Shown one piece after another: positions 26,516 through 38,735 of a stretch of DNA of 64,000 nucleotides. Within the stretch, counting starts at the first letter, position 1, and every line of letters starts with the position of its first letter. A program made the translations under genes and the position numbers. Origin of the DNA: Klebsormidium nitens (Eukaryota; Plantae; Klebsormidiophyceae); assembly GCA_000708835.1 (NCBI GenBank), contig DF237023.1:173654-237653 (forward strand), in the 5' to 3' direction. Under the pieces are notes generated by a model. That model made no database searches, was not told the DNA's origin, and worked only from the letters and a program-made list of their open reading frames with translations.

Positions 26516-29500
26516 ATGGCCCCCCGGACCGCCGCGCTCCTGCTGGCCCTCTTCGCAGGGCTGGCCGTCGCCTCCGCGCTCAAAGTCGTCGAGATCGCGC
26601 CCGAAGTCTATGTCGAGCAGGTCGACGGCCCCGCGTTTAGGGCTTTCGCTGCAACTCCTGCCACTAGCTGCCAGCTGTGCGACCAGTCCAACAACTGCTA
26701 CCCCAACGCCTTCACGCCTCAGGTGACGAGCCTCACCTGCGGCGGCGCCTGCGGCGCGACATGCACGTCCACGTGCGCGTTCAGCACCCCGCAACAGGCC
26801 ACCTTGCCCAATGGGCAAGTGGTCTTCGTCGTTTACTGCGGCTGCCAAGGGGGTAAGCCTGACATGAACGGGTTGCGTTCGAGTGCCTCTTCCCTGCATG
26901 TATGTCGTGTGAGGTTGTGAAAGAGCGCTGTGGTTTGTTGTTGGCGGAGGCCTAGCGCAGACCCCTCAGCTGAGAGCCGACTCGTAGCGCTGCAGTCTTC
27001 ATGGGGGGTTGTAGGGGGATGTGGTAGAGCTGTGAGCATCATCAGAGCTGAAACGCGGTAGAGCAAAGGGGATTCACAGGGAGGTGCCCCCTCCCCTATG
27101 ATAGTCACCTCTTAAGAGCTGCAAATGAGCTGGGGCTCGCTGATTCGAGCGCTGAGCTGGCACTTTGGTGGGGGCTGGAATGCAAGGGAACAAAGCAATG
27201 CGAGACTGCTTAGCTTCGGCTACAACACTCTCTTGGTGTTCAAGTGGAAGCGCTAGCAGGCTAGTGCTAAGTGGCCTGGGCCTCCATGACTTGTGAGCGC
27301 AAGGGGCAGTTCTATTCTTGGGAACATGAGAGCCAGGGGCCGGATGACGACCTCTAAGGGCACTTATCTTTTCTCCCATCTTGAAAGCTGTCTTTGTATG
27401 CGTATGGTTCTAATTCTCCCCCCAATGGCTGACAGCACAGCCCCCTGGTAGCTTTCAAATCATGTCGACATCTCAAGCGGATGGAGCGCTGACACGTGTC
27501 TCCTTCTTCCCTGCTGCAGCCGATGACTTTGGCGGCTGCGGCGACCCTCACTTTGTGGGAAACAACGGCGTGGAGTACGACTTCCACGGTGTTGGAGGTG
27601 TGTTGCCCCTTCCACCATTCTTTCAGCAGATGCAACCCAGGTCCAGGTTCTGGGTTTCTCGGCAGGTGGTGTCAGGTGGCAAACTGAATAGGCACTCTAA
27701 AGTGGGCCTTCAAGAGAAAAGTTGAGCAATTGGAGGGGGTTCATTCCATTGCTGCAAATTCGAGAGATACCACTATTGTCCACATTTCCGTCACGAGCAT
27801 TCCTTGGGATAAGTATTGGAGACTTTTGCCCGGAGACTTTTGCCCTTTTCACTTATACGTGCACTTCTCCCAGAGACACGCAATGAGGCACTTCTCGAGA
27901 TGTGTACATAAGTTTCAGATGTCGTCATAAGACTGAAGTTGCCTGACCACTGCCCTTTTTTGGCTAAGTTACTGAGCATATATACTCCTCCTTCCCATCC
28001 TGGACGTGTATCACAACACTGCCCAGAGGGCTCTACTCGTCGCACAGACCCAATAATACTTTTGTACAGACAAGGTCACAGGCCCACTGTAAAGCACAGG
28101 GCACTGGATTTCCTCTTCAAGAGTAGTTTGCCCCCTTATGTACTGTGCCCCTTCCCAGTTTTATCGAGCTCGAGTGAGCCTGAACGTTTACTGACGAGTC
28201 TCGATTGCCCTGATTGCCCTGATTCGAAATCCTGATTGCCCTGTTCATTTAGAATCTCAGTGCAGCATTAACCATCTCCAACTTGTGCTAACCCGCTCTC
28301 TGACCCAATCCGTGCTGCAGGCCGTGAGTATTTCTGAGTCCTCCTTGCCCTGAATCATCAGATCCCCAATGCTAAGCTCTTTCTAAGCAGCATAAGCGAT
28401 CTCCAGCTAAAGCTAACCCGCTCCCTAACCCGTGCTGCAGGCAAGGAGTACTCTATCATCTCCGACCTGGACTTCGCTTTGACCGCCCACATGATTGGCC
28501 AGGAAAGCGAGAACACCGGCTTCGAAGGCACCTGGATGTCCCAGCTCGGCTTCATGTACAACCACGAGGGGGCTACCCACAACGTGTCCATTGCTCTTCA
28601 AGAGGTGAGATCCGCGACTGCCCCCTGCATTGCCCGCGCTCAGCAAACTTTGCTGACCTTTTTGTGTCGTGTTCATCAGGTGCGATGCGAGGTGTGCTTC
28701 TCATGGTCCCGTGCTCCATAGCGGCTGCTGCCCTTCTTTCTTTCATTCTCATCAGGGTGTTTTGCGAGATGTCAGAATGCAAAGGCTTGTTCGTTGTGTC
28801 CTGCGTGCAGTCCGTCTGGTCCAAACCCCCTGTTCCTGCATTCATTTTTGCGTCCAGATTGTCTTCGCTCGCCGGCCTTCCTTATTCCTCTCTTCGATCT
28901 CACGTTCTCATGTCTGCATTGCCGAGCTGAAGCTCGGTTTCGTGACCCCGACCTTCTTTTCTCATGTCTGCATTGCTGAGCTAATGTTTCTCGGTCTCCT
29001 ATTCCGTTCTTTTTCTTGTTCGCTTACTCATCCTTTAGTCCCCCATCTCTGGAGTTCATGCTTGATATCGTTTCTCAGTCTCTGCCTCAGGCTCCTTGTC
29101 CGTCTTCCTTTCGTTCGTCGACCCTTCCCCAATTCTTCCCCCCGTCTTCTCGTCGTGCTTCCTTCCCATTGGCTGACCCTTTTCCCCAACTCTCTTCTCC
29201 ACCGTTCCCTTTGGCTGACCCTTTTCCCCAACTCTCTCCTTCACCAGACTGAGGACCGTGCTACCACCTCGGACGTCGCCGTTGCGTCCTTCGACGGCGA
29301 GATTGTCGACCTCTCATCCCCCCTCGACAAGTCCGGCCTTACCCTCTCCCTCGAGAACGGCGCTTTCCACGTCAGCATCGACGGCCACGTGGAGGCACGT
29401 GTCACCATCGCCGACCACAAGTTCCCCGACGGCTTCCACCTGGACTTCACCATCAAGTCACTACACGTAACTCGTAAGTGCCCGCCCTGTTTTTCTGCTT

Positions 29501-30296
29501 TCGGATCCGGTTCATAGGCTCAGAGCTCGTTTGAGCAGAAGTTGGCACATCTGAACACCTTGTTTGTTTTCTCAAAGTTGTGCATTTTTAGAGCTTCGAC
29601 TTTGATCCATTTGAAGATCGTGTTCTGTTGATTATAATCAGAACGCGTGCACATTCAGGACTCCCGACTTTCTTCAATCTGAAGATCGTGTTCTGTTTCA
29701 GAGCATGAAGTCAAAGCTGCTTCAGGCCCACAATCTTCAGCAGCTCTCCCTGCTTCACAGACCAGCACTTTTTTGAAACCCCCCTTTCCCCTTTGCTACT
29801 GGCCCCAAATCAAACCCGAACTAAACCCGTCAGGAGATATCAAACCCGTCAGGAGATCTCCACTTCGAAGTCCCTTGTCCCACGTAAAACCTCAATTGGC
29901 TGCGGTATCGCTTATCGTCGGGCATAACTTCGACTCGGATTGTTTTCAAACTCGCATTGCTGACGCCGAAACCCGTCTTCTGCAGCCACTGTGCACGGTG
30001 TGTTGGGCCAGACCTTCCAGCTGTCTCGGGCCGAGAGCCTCAAGGCGTTTGCCGATGCCGCCGCCGCGGCCGTTGGCACTACCAAGGCTTACTCCGACAG
30101 CGACATCGTTGACGGTGCCGACGCCGACTACGAAATCTCTAACCTCTTCGCGACCGACTTCAAGTACAACCGGTTCGTTGCCCCGGGCGCGGCCTTTGTG
30201 AGCGCGGGCCGGAAGCTGCTGGCGGTCCCGGTACAGACCGCCGAGGTACCGTTCGTGGTTAACTGGGCTGGCAGCTCCATGCGGATCCAGTTCTAG
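26516..30296 (+). CDS. Secreted Cys-rich Root_cap (VWD-like) domain protein, copy 1
   Basis: Five phase-consistent exons: 26516-26852, 27520-27597, 28441-28604, 29248-29473, 29986-30296. Signal peptide MAPRTAALLLALFAGLAVASA, a 9-Cys region, then CGDPHFVGNNGVEYDFHG, IISD..LTAHMIG, GTWMSQLG, VHGVLGQTF, YEISNLFATDFKYNRF (Root_cap signature). Confidence 0.88.
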
Positions 30297-31433
30297 ATAG
30301 TTAACCTAACCTAGGAGGTTTTCTATTCTTGTAGCAGAGTCACTCTCACTCGGGAGATACCCCCGGTGCTTAAAATCGCGCCCAAGCCTCTGATTCGGTT
30401 TCTTCGGGTCCTGCCTTGGATCTTTGGGTTAGGACATTGTAGTTAGGAGCATAAACCAGTCAAAAGACTGGGGCTGACGACATCCTGTTCGGTGCTGGAC
30501 GGATATCGTGGTCGGTAATAGACACAGTAGATTGCAAAGGACAACGTAGGAACGTTCATCCACTCGGATCGTTAATCAATCTCAGCATCTGTACTGTTGT
30601 AAACAGCCGCGCGACTTGTAAACAAGCAACAATGTGAGTACTGCCTTCAAATGAGGGATTTAACGACAGGAACTCAATCCTCTCGTTATATCCCTATTCT
30701 TTAAAAGGGGTACATCGTGTGGTAAAAATCACTGCGTGCGCGACATATGATCAGCCCTTCAATCGTCCTGTGCATAAATCTAGGACTTTTTCCCGCGTAT
30801 TTGTTCTGGAGTATGCACACACTTCGTTTGCCCATCTCGCCGGCATATCATGATCAACATAGTTGCGTGCACAAAAGCAATCGAGTACTCGAATGAAAAG
30901 CCACATGAAAAGCTTCGACGGCCGCCGTCGCCGCCGGTATGTGCGTGCCCGGACGATATCTGGCAATGAAAGTAATAACCGCAAGTGTGCTTGAGCAATG
31001 TTTGTGTGCATGGAGAAACACCGTCAACTCGCGAAGGAAAGCGGTCTTCCATGCGAGAGGCATTTGGAGATTCAAGGCCGTGACGGCTCCCTTCAGTCAA
31101 TCTGGCGACAATCCGTCACGCCACATTCCGGCGACAATCCGTCACGCCACATGCACTGCGCACAGCCCAAGTGATCCTGACCTTCATAATAGCGGCGAAG
31201 CTCTTGGCCATTAATTTTTCCGGGAGCATGCACATCAACCACTTTCCAGACGCGTTCACATCCAAGCGCTCACGGAAAAGCCAGCCCGCGCTTGCTGCAT
31301 CTCATAGTAGGGCTGGCTTGCTGCATCTCATAGTAGAGGTAAAGAACCACAATTCGGTAATATAGCATCTGCGTCTTCACATCGCCCTACCTTGATGAGG
31401 TAAGTAAAAGCTGCGCAATGCTGCTGCTGGTGG

Positions 31434-31661
31434 CTTTCGCGTTTTGCTCACCTCGCACACTGACATTTCGATAAGGAACAATTGCTCCATCGAAGAACGC
31501 CTTTTCGAAAGGAGCAGCCGGACCATGAGAAGCCTGAGAATGTTTCATTGCCTTTCGCGTTTTGCTCACATCGCACATTCTGATAAGAAACAATTGCTCC
31601 ATCGAAAATCGCACTATCGAGAGGAGCAGCCGGACCATGAGAAGCCTGAGAATGTTTCATT
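31434..31661. repeat. Diverged ~115-bp tandem duplication
   Basis: Copies at 31434-31549 and 31552-31661 share ctttcgcgttttgctcac, acaattgctccatcgaa and an identical ggagcagccggaccatgagaagcctgagaatgtttcatt. Confidence 0.85.
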
Positions 31662-34600
31662 CCGTCGGAAACCGGCATCTGGGAACGAGCTTGCACTCAG
31701 AATGATGACAATCAACGGTCCGCAGCTGTTTTCTGTGACGCCTTCCGAGTTTGGCGTTGAGGGCTATGATCCTGGAAACGAGACGACGAGATTTATTGGA
31801 GAAGTGCGAAGCGCGCACGGCCTCCAGGCAGACAACGATCCTAAGAGGAGCAATCTGTCGGGCGACTCTCTTGCGTGCCCGGTCGTTTGCCACGCGCTGA
31901 ACGCTAGCCGCCCGTGGCTTCAAGAGCAAAACGGGACTATGAACCAGAGATGTTTACATAGTCGATCTGGCGGAATCTGAGTCTATCGAGAGCGGAAACC
32001 TGACTATGCAGGGACTTTTCGAAACATAAATTTGGCGGAATCCAGATCCATCAAGAACGGAAACGTGACTATGAACCAGGGACGTTGGCAGTACTTGTCA
32101 AGGAACTTCTGTTGGAATCCAAATCCATCTAGCGATGGCCTCATGCATGAGCTGACAACGCATGATCGTGAGAAACTCTGGGGAGAAGCAGAAGGAAAGT
32201 GCAGCTACACATCCCCTGGTGGAAATCGAGCAATTGAGGATGAGACGCGGAATCGGAAAAAAGCCACCGAGCACCCGGGACACTGTACATGGGAAGGACC
32301 TTCCCGCTTGCCGATCTCCGGCCCAACAAACTGACTGTCATCAAAGTAACCACCAGATTGAGATTTCAACGGAGACTTTTCGCATGAAAGGTTAAAAGGT
32401 ACGTCGTAGCCGCTGCTTACCACCGAAACTCGGGCTGAGCGGAGAGCTGGTTGACAGCAAAAGTGACGAACAAAGCTCAATATGCTTCATTGACTAGTAC
32501 AAAAGAGACGGAGTATATAAGAGTTGTGCTCGATCATTGCCGCTTTCGTTAAAAGTGGGGAACGATTCAAGAACGATACAGGTTTGCAAACCCGCAATTG
32601 TCTGTGTTCGTGCTCAATCAGAGGCAGAATCTTCGGAGTCGAGCAAACACACGAGGTGGGATTCGTGGGCGCATTGCGAAGTACGCAAAGCTTTTCAGAT
32701 CATGAGACAATCGGTTGACTCGGACGCAAGAATGATCTATTAAGCCCAGCCCACTGGCAGTAACCTTTCGATCCGTTTAGACGTAGCCGTAATTTGGGCT
32801 CCCATGAAGCAGGCTAAAACCAATTTGCAGAGCTCACGCGGATCGCTCAACACACCTCTGTCAAAGCTGATTGTTTGCTGAGAGGCTGTACCAAGAATCT
32901 CTTCCGGTCTCTTCGTCTCTTCAGCAAGAAGCCTCCAAGGCAGAGAAAGCAACCAAGGATCCAACGGGCAAACCTGGTTGCTGGCCGCTCTATGGCCCCA
33001 TCCCATTCTTCGTCATCGATTTGACAGGTGGAGATTCTGTGCCCGACTGACTGTCCGTAGGTCCGTGTCATCGTCCAAGAAGCTGTGCCCGCGTCTTGAT
33101 TGGTTTCGAAATTGGTCAGTCGCACAATTAAGCAGAGGCCGCTGTGCTGCTTCCAGCTTTAACGGTGACCCTTGGAGAGCTCTACTCGAGCGTCGCCAAC
33201 ACAGATTCTCAGTACGGAGGGTTGCATCTCCCCAAAGCTAGGAAACGGATTGCGCGAGCAAACCTTGGGCGTAGCTGGTTCAGCTTCCTCTCAATCGCCT
33301 CAGTTCCCTTCGTTTGCGGCAGCCATAAAAAAATTGCTCAGGCCCTCGAATGGCGTCAGCACCCGGTCGAGCATAATCCAGATACCTGAGGGATCAAAGG
33401 TGGTCCGAAACGTATGTGCTTTCATACCCCTGAAATCGTGCAGGTCTCGTGCAGAGAACACATCGTGGACGGATTTGCTCAGAACAGCCTGGGTCAAGAC
33501 AAACTGCCTGAAACGGCCGGCTGCGTGCAATCTGTTTGTTCAGAGCTCATGCGGGAGCTCCACCCTCTGGCTCCGTTGTCAAGTCCACCCGGCCTTGCGT
33601 TTTACTATAAACGCACTCTGAAAACCCAACTTCATCAAACATATCTTCGGGGTGCAAGAAAGAGGGTCGGCAGAGAAAAGAAGGCAGTTTTGCGTCAGGG
33701 CTCTGTTAAAGCGTTTCAGACGTCAAAAGCAATTTGTAACTCTTGTCTCCGAGTCGCCCCTTCCGGCAAACCCAGCTAGCTCCGAGGCCCCCGAGCGGAG
33801 GCGATACACGTCCTTGTCCGCCCTGCCAGTAAGTCTGCTTTGATAAGCGGTACAAGTCAAAGTTCTACCGTTGATGTTTGTTTCAGAAGGTCTGACAGTC
33901 TTGAGAAGCGAAGTATTTGCAGAAGTGAGGATATCAAAGCCCAAGAAACCTGCAAACTATGATGGTGGGTGATTGAGAGTGAACCTCAGAGCTTATTGCA
34001 ATCAGCTTCGATTTCAGGGGAAGTCCAGCCCTTCTGATGGACACGTCACTTCTGATGGCCCTTCGACTGCACAATTCAAGTCTCGACTCCTTCAACTGCT
34101 GTCGCAAGAGCGCCCAAAGAGCGCGCTCTTTCAATCGTCGTCGGAACATGTTGCCAGTGAGCCCCGTGCTACGGAAGGACTTGCAAACATTGGCCGAAAG
34201 TTCGAAGCAGAAACAGACGATTGCTTATAGGCGGATACAGAAGGGGCGTGCATTGCTTGACTTTTTCTCGTCTTTCCTCCTCTTCGTTTCTTCCGTTTCC
34301 TTCGAGAATGGAAAATGCTTGCATCCTGGTCGTATCGGTCTAAAGACTAAAAGATGGTTTGCGTTCTCCAATCTGGCATCCTTCCTGATCTCCAATGGCT
34401 TTCGTGCCTCTTCGGATCTTCCCCGAAGAAGCTGGCATTGACACGCTCCTTCCCAGACCCGCTCTAGGAAGGATGGATTTGCTGTAAACGAGTACGTAGT
34501 CTGGTCTTTTACACCCTTGACAAGACAATCCATGTCAATCGGTACTATCGGGCCGCTACATGAGAGCTTCTAGGAGCTGTTCACATCTCGCCCGTTCAAG

Positions 34601-37600
34601 TTGACTCGCCGGGTGCCAAACCAAGAATAGCAGTTCCTTCGATGCTCGATTCAGACTCCTATATTGGACGAGTCGCTGACCAGACGGCCCGTTAAGGTAA
34701 ACTTTTGAACAGAATTTCAAAGATGTGAGTTGCAATCCCCTGTACAGAGTGAACTCTTGCATCGTCCTCATGCCCGATAGGGTTGCGGACTCCTGTGACT
34801 GCGTGGCAGCTTGCGCACATATATCAGAATCACGAACAGCATAACACTAGACGGTACTCGGTCAGCCGCAGCTATTACTTAGACAATGGAGGGGCTCGAG
34901 GGCGTTTGCACCGCGCAGCTCTCCTGCAGAGTCATCAAAATTTGGTTCGAGGCAGTGCATGCAGGCTGACTAGTCACAGCTGAAACCTACTACCGGTAGT
35001 AGACGTAGTACTGGTAGTACCTACTTTTTAGGAGGTTCTTTGGAGACGTTTTGGGCAACTCTGCAGTTTGATTGGCTTATTGGCACCGTCTGCACTCTCT
35101 TACTCCCCTATGTTCTCTCTTGTAACTTGAGTGCCAATAATAACGGAACTTCGCAAGACTGTGCCGCTGCCCGGGTGGTTTCTGCAGTCGACTAACTGGT
35201 GCAGTCTAGTGCAGTATCCAAGAAGCGCCCGGGTCGGTGGGCACCCGGTGCTTGCAGGCCCCAGGGTCTGCGGTTCTCTTTGCCGGACAGCTTTGCCCTG
35301 TTGGTGGTCCGGCTGGTAACACTGCCTGTCACAAGTGGAGATTCCCTGGTGTGAACTCCTCTTTCAGGCTCCTGCGTATTGCAATCAATACCATGTTGCA
35401 TGGTGGACCCGATCAACCGGATCTTGCGGAGGCTATCGGGGCCTTATCGGGCCGGGCATCTTGAGGATAATAATGACCTACGATTGGTCTCAATCCGCCC
35501 GGCGCAAGCTTACCCGGCTCTGCCGCTACAGCCTATAGCCTCCTCGCTTCTAGTTGCGGTAAAACCGGCAGGGACTGGCCGCTTGCGGAAATTAATACGA
35601 GGGTATCAAGAACCTCTACAGAACCCCAAGCGGGCTCCTAGCTAGGGAATTTCTGTGTCCTGACTCCTGACTGCAATAACCCCAGCTTCCAGGAAGCACC
35701 TAGGCCTACAGGCGACGATACGGTGACCACGGACCACTGACATGTACGGGTTAAACAGGACCTACCTAATTCAGAAATTCTATGCAGACCACAGCACGCA
35801 CCGTAGTACAACCCGCTACAGTCTGGACTACCGGTACCTGCCTGAGTTGTCCAGCTGTCGCCGACTTCACACTTCTGGGCTACCCACAACAGGCAGGAAG
35901 TCCGAAGAAGTGCACTAGGACCTACGGTACCTACGGACCGGTAGCCAACTCAGGACTGTGATTGGCTGAGCCTGGAGTATATCAGGCTTGTCAAGACCAA
36001 AACATGCCCGGCATGGGCCTGGCATACACCATCCCGTTTTGAAAGGTCAGGATATCCTTGTACATCTCTGAGAGCATCATAGTCTGTGCGGCAATAGTAT
36101 ATGGGCAATCTGATCAATGTCAATGTTGCCAGAGTAAACACACGAGTATGATTGAACATGAAAGCAAGGATCTGAGAACTTTGCTGACGTTTATGCATGC
36201 TAAGAGATGGGTGGCAGGAACGAAGTGCTTTTAACGCTCTAGCAACAACCCTCAATTCAGTTCACAGCGTGTCATATAAGGGGCATATAAGCAGGTTCGA
36301 AATATCTCTCTCCTAATCTAGAAGTAAACCCTTATGTCTGACCAGAGATAGAAGCGTGTTCTTGGTCACTACAGCTAGAATAGAGTGAATAGGGCTGCTG
36401 AGAACTTCTTAGGGACAGAGGATGAGAGCTGGCTGCTGCTTAAGGCAAGTTTTGAATGATATCATGATCATGATAGAAGCAAAAATGAGCAAGCATTTGA
36501 AATCAGGTAAGATCATAGCTGCCATCTTGCACATAACAAACATAAGAAAGCAAATCTAACCAGCCAGACAGTCAAGCAAGGCGTTGATGCTCTCTAAGGG
36601 CTTTAGCGTTGATCAGTATCACACCTGAAAGAAGGAGGCCGAGAGATGACGTCAATGTCGATGTTGCCGGACCGCTCATGTTGTTGCTTGCAGAACCACC
36701 GACTATTTGGACTTTAGATGGTGCGCTGCTGCCAGCTCTCATCCGTGTTTCTTCACTTCATGGTAGCTGCTAGCAAAACTTTGCTTTGGGGAAAAGAGAA
36801 GGCAAGAATCTTGCCTTCTTCTTTTCTAAATGTCTGTTCCAGCAAAAGGTGATTTTACCACGGATTCTGAAAGCGGGGTAACGTTTTACTACTTCGAACT
36901 CAAAAGCGTAAGTTCGACAGCCTGAAAAGTATATCTATAGCACCTAGAGACGATGCAGAACGTCTCCACCGTTACAATTATCAGATTGCAAGCTTTTGAT
37001 TGGGCGGATTCTATCAACCAAATCAAAGCCAGGCCTTGATCTCGAAGCTGGATGCGAGAGATGAAGAGATGCGGGGGCAGAGTTTAGGCTCGGAGTTTGA
37101 TTGGCAACAATTCGATCATCCCGACCGTCGATTCTGAGTCTGACGGTTCTGTACCGTCATTCAGCCTGACCGGGCTGTGTACGGTTCCGACTCGGACGTC
37201 CGGACGGAGTGAGTGCAGGCGAGTCCGACTTTGTGCCCGATTGGACGCAACTACCGTAGTATGGCCAAGTCGTATCCATGAACCCTATAGCCTATAGGTA
37301 GTCCACCAGTACTACCGTACTTATTCGAATATCCGCAAATTTGCGAATTTTCGACGTTCGTAGTTAGTCGAAAATTACGGTTCTCTGCTAACGAGAACGC
37401 TAACCCGATTCGCGGCTTTTCAAGCCGCGCCTCTTGTGACTTCGTCTTCATTCTGTCGCTCTGCAAGACGAAGTCACAGCGCAAGGAGGACGGCGCCTCC
37501 TCGCTTCCCCTCGAAAGCATCTGTTTGTTCCTCTTTTGCTTGCTTCCCATGCTTTAGCACCATTGAAGCTTAGTGACTTGCTCCAGGTTCCTTCATGCAG

Positions 37601-37760
37601 AACCGTTGGACGTTCTGAAAGACTGGCAATTTGTAGCTTGCTTACAGCTCCAGTTCGTCAGATCATCCTACTTCTTTTGGTGCTTCGAGCTTTCGTATCA
37701 TCTTAGTGCTACTTTTGGTCCGTTCATCAACTACAGCGAGAGTTTCTTGCCCCATGCACG

Positions 37761-38735
37761 ATGGCTGGACCTGGAGATGATCACTCTGCTCAGGAGACCA
37801 CTGGGATGACTCCAGAGGACTTTGCGAAGCAGGCCAGGGAAGCAACCCTCCGCAACGAAGCTCTATTTTCCAAGATCTCCCAGCAGCTGTCTGAGCATGC
37901 AACACAACAAGCCGCACATCTGGCCAAGCAGTCCGAGAAGATTGATCAACTGCAGTCCCAGATCCAAGCCAAGACTGCTCCAAAGAGATCTGATCGCATT
38001 GGGAATCCTGAGGTGAAGAAGCACATGGAGCCGTTGGAACAGGCACAGCATGTCATCTCTCAGGCGAAGTCTGTCTTCGAGGATCATCTGGATGGAACTT
38101 CGCCCCTGTCTCAGCTCTCGGAAGATCAAGTCGCTGCCCTCAAGAATCAGTGCGATGAAGGTGAGAGAGCCATTTCTGACCGCATGCAGTTTCTTGAGGA
38201 CTGGGATTCAGAGGGGCTGGAGATTGCGTCTGAGATGCTGCGTCTGAGGGATGAGGCATCCAAGGACCCCGCAGAACTGAACCTGGTTTCTCGTGCTCGG
38301 AAATCCCTGGCTGAAAAACGCAAGGCTTCAGAGGAAGCATCCAAACCTCCCAAGGAACACAAAACTCAACAGTACCAAAACCCTAGCAGAGGCAACTTCC
38401 AGAACAGAGGCCGCTCTCCCTCTCCGTCTCCGTGGTTCCATCCTCCTCAGCCTATCCTGATGCCTGCTCCCCTGCCAGTTCTCCCACAGCCAAGCCCTGT
38501 CCCATCTCCCATCTACCAGAGCCAGTATTTCCCTTCCAACCGCACCCCCTCTCCTGCTCCTGGCCTCCCCCCTCCTGCTATTCCTGCCCCTGTTCCTCGC
38601 GCCCCAAGCCCCTCCATGACTAGTGGTCGCATAGCAAACCTCCAGTGCTGGTCTTGCCAACAGTATGGACACGTGGCAGCAACTTGCCCTAACTCAGCTA
38701 GCATAGCAGCCAACGCTAGTCGAGGTTACTTCTAG
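37761..38735 (+). CDS. DIRS gag-like ORF1 (324 aa): coiled-coil N-terminus, Pro-rich linker, CCHC zinc knuckle
   Basis: ATG at 37761, TAG at 38735; CWSCQQYGHVAATC fits CX2CX4HX4C. Confidence 0.85.
   Translation: MAGPGDDHSAQETTGMTPEDFAKQAREATLRNEALFSKISQQLSEHATQQAAHLAKQSEKIDQLQSQIQAKTAPKRSDRIGNPEVKKHMEPLEQAQHVISQAKSVFEDHLDGTSPLSQLSEDQVAALKNQCDEGERAISDRMQFLEDWDSEGLEIASEMLRLRDEASKDPAELNLVSRARKSLAEKRKASEEASKPPKEHKTQQYQNPSRGNFQNRGRSPSPSPWFHPPQPILMPAPLPVLPQPSPVPSPIYQSQYFPSNRTPSPAPGLPPPAIPAPVPRAPSPSMTSGRIANLQCWSCQQYGHVAATCPNSASIAANASRGYF

Noticed and set aside
28669-29247. 5' part of the 282-aa plus-strand ORF
   Set aside because: It is F/L/S/P-rich translation of a pyrimidine-rich intron; only 29248-29473 is exon.
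23789-31661. Direct repeats considered as a possible CRISPR-like array
   Set aside because: They are only two-copy tandem duplications without unique spacers; the context is eukaryotic and no cas genes are present.
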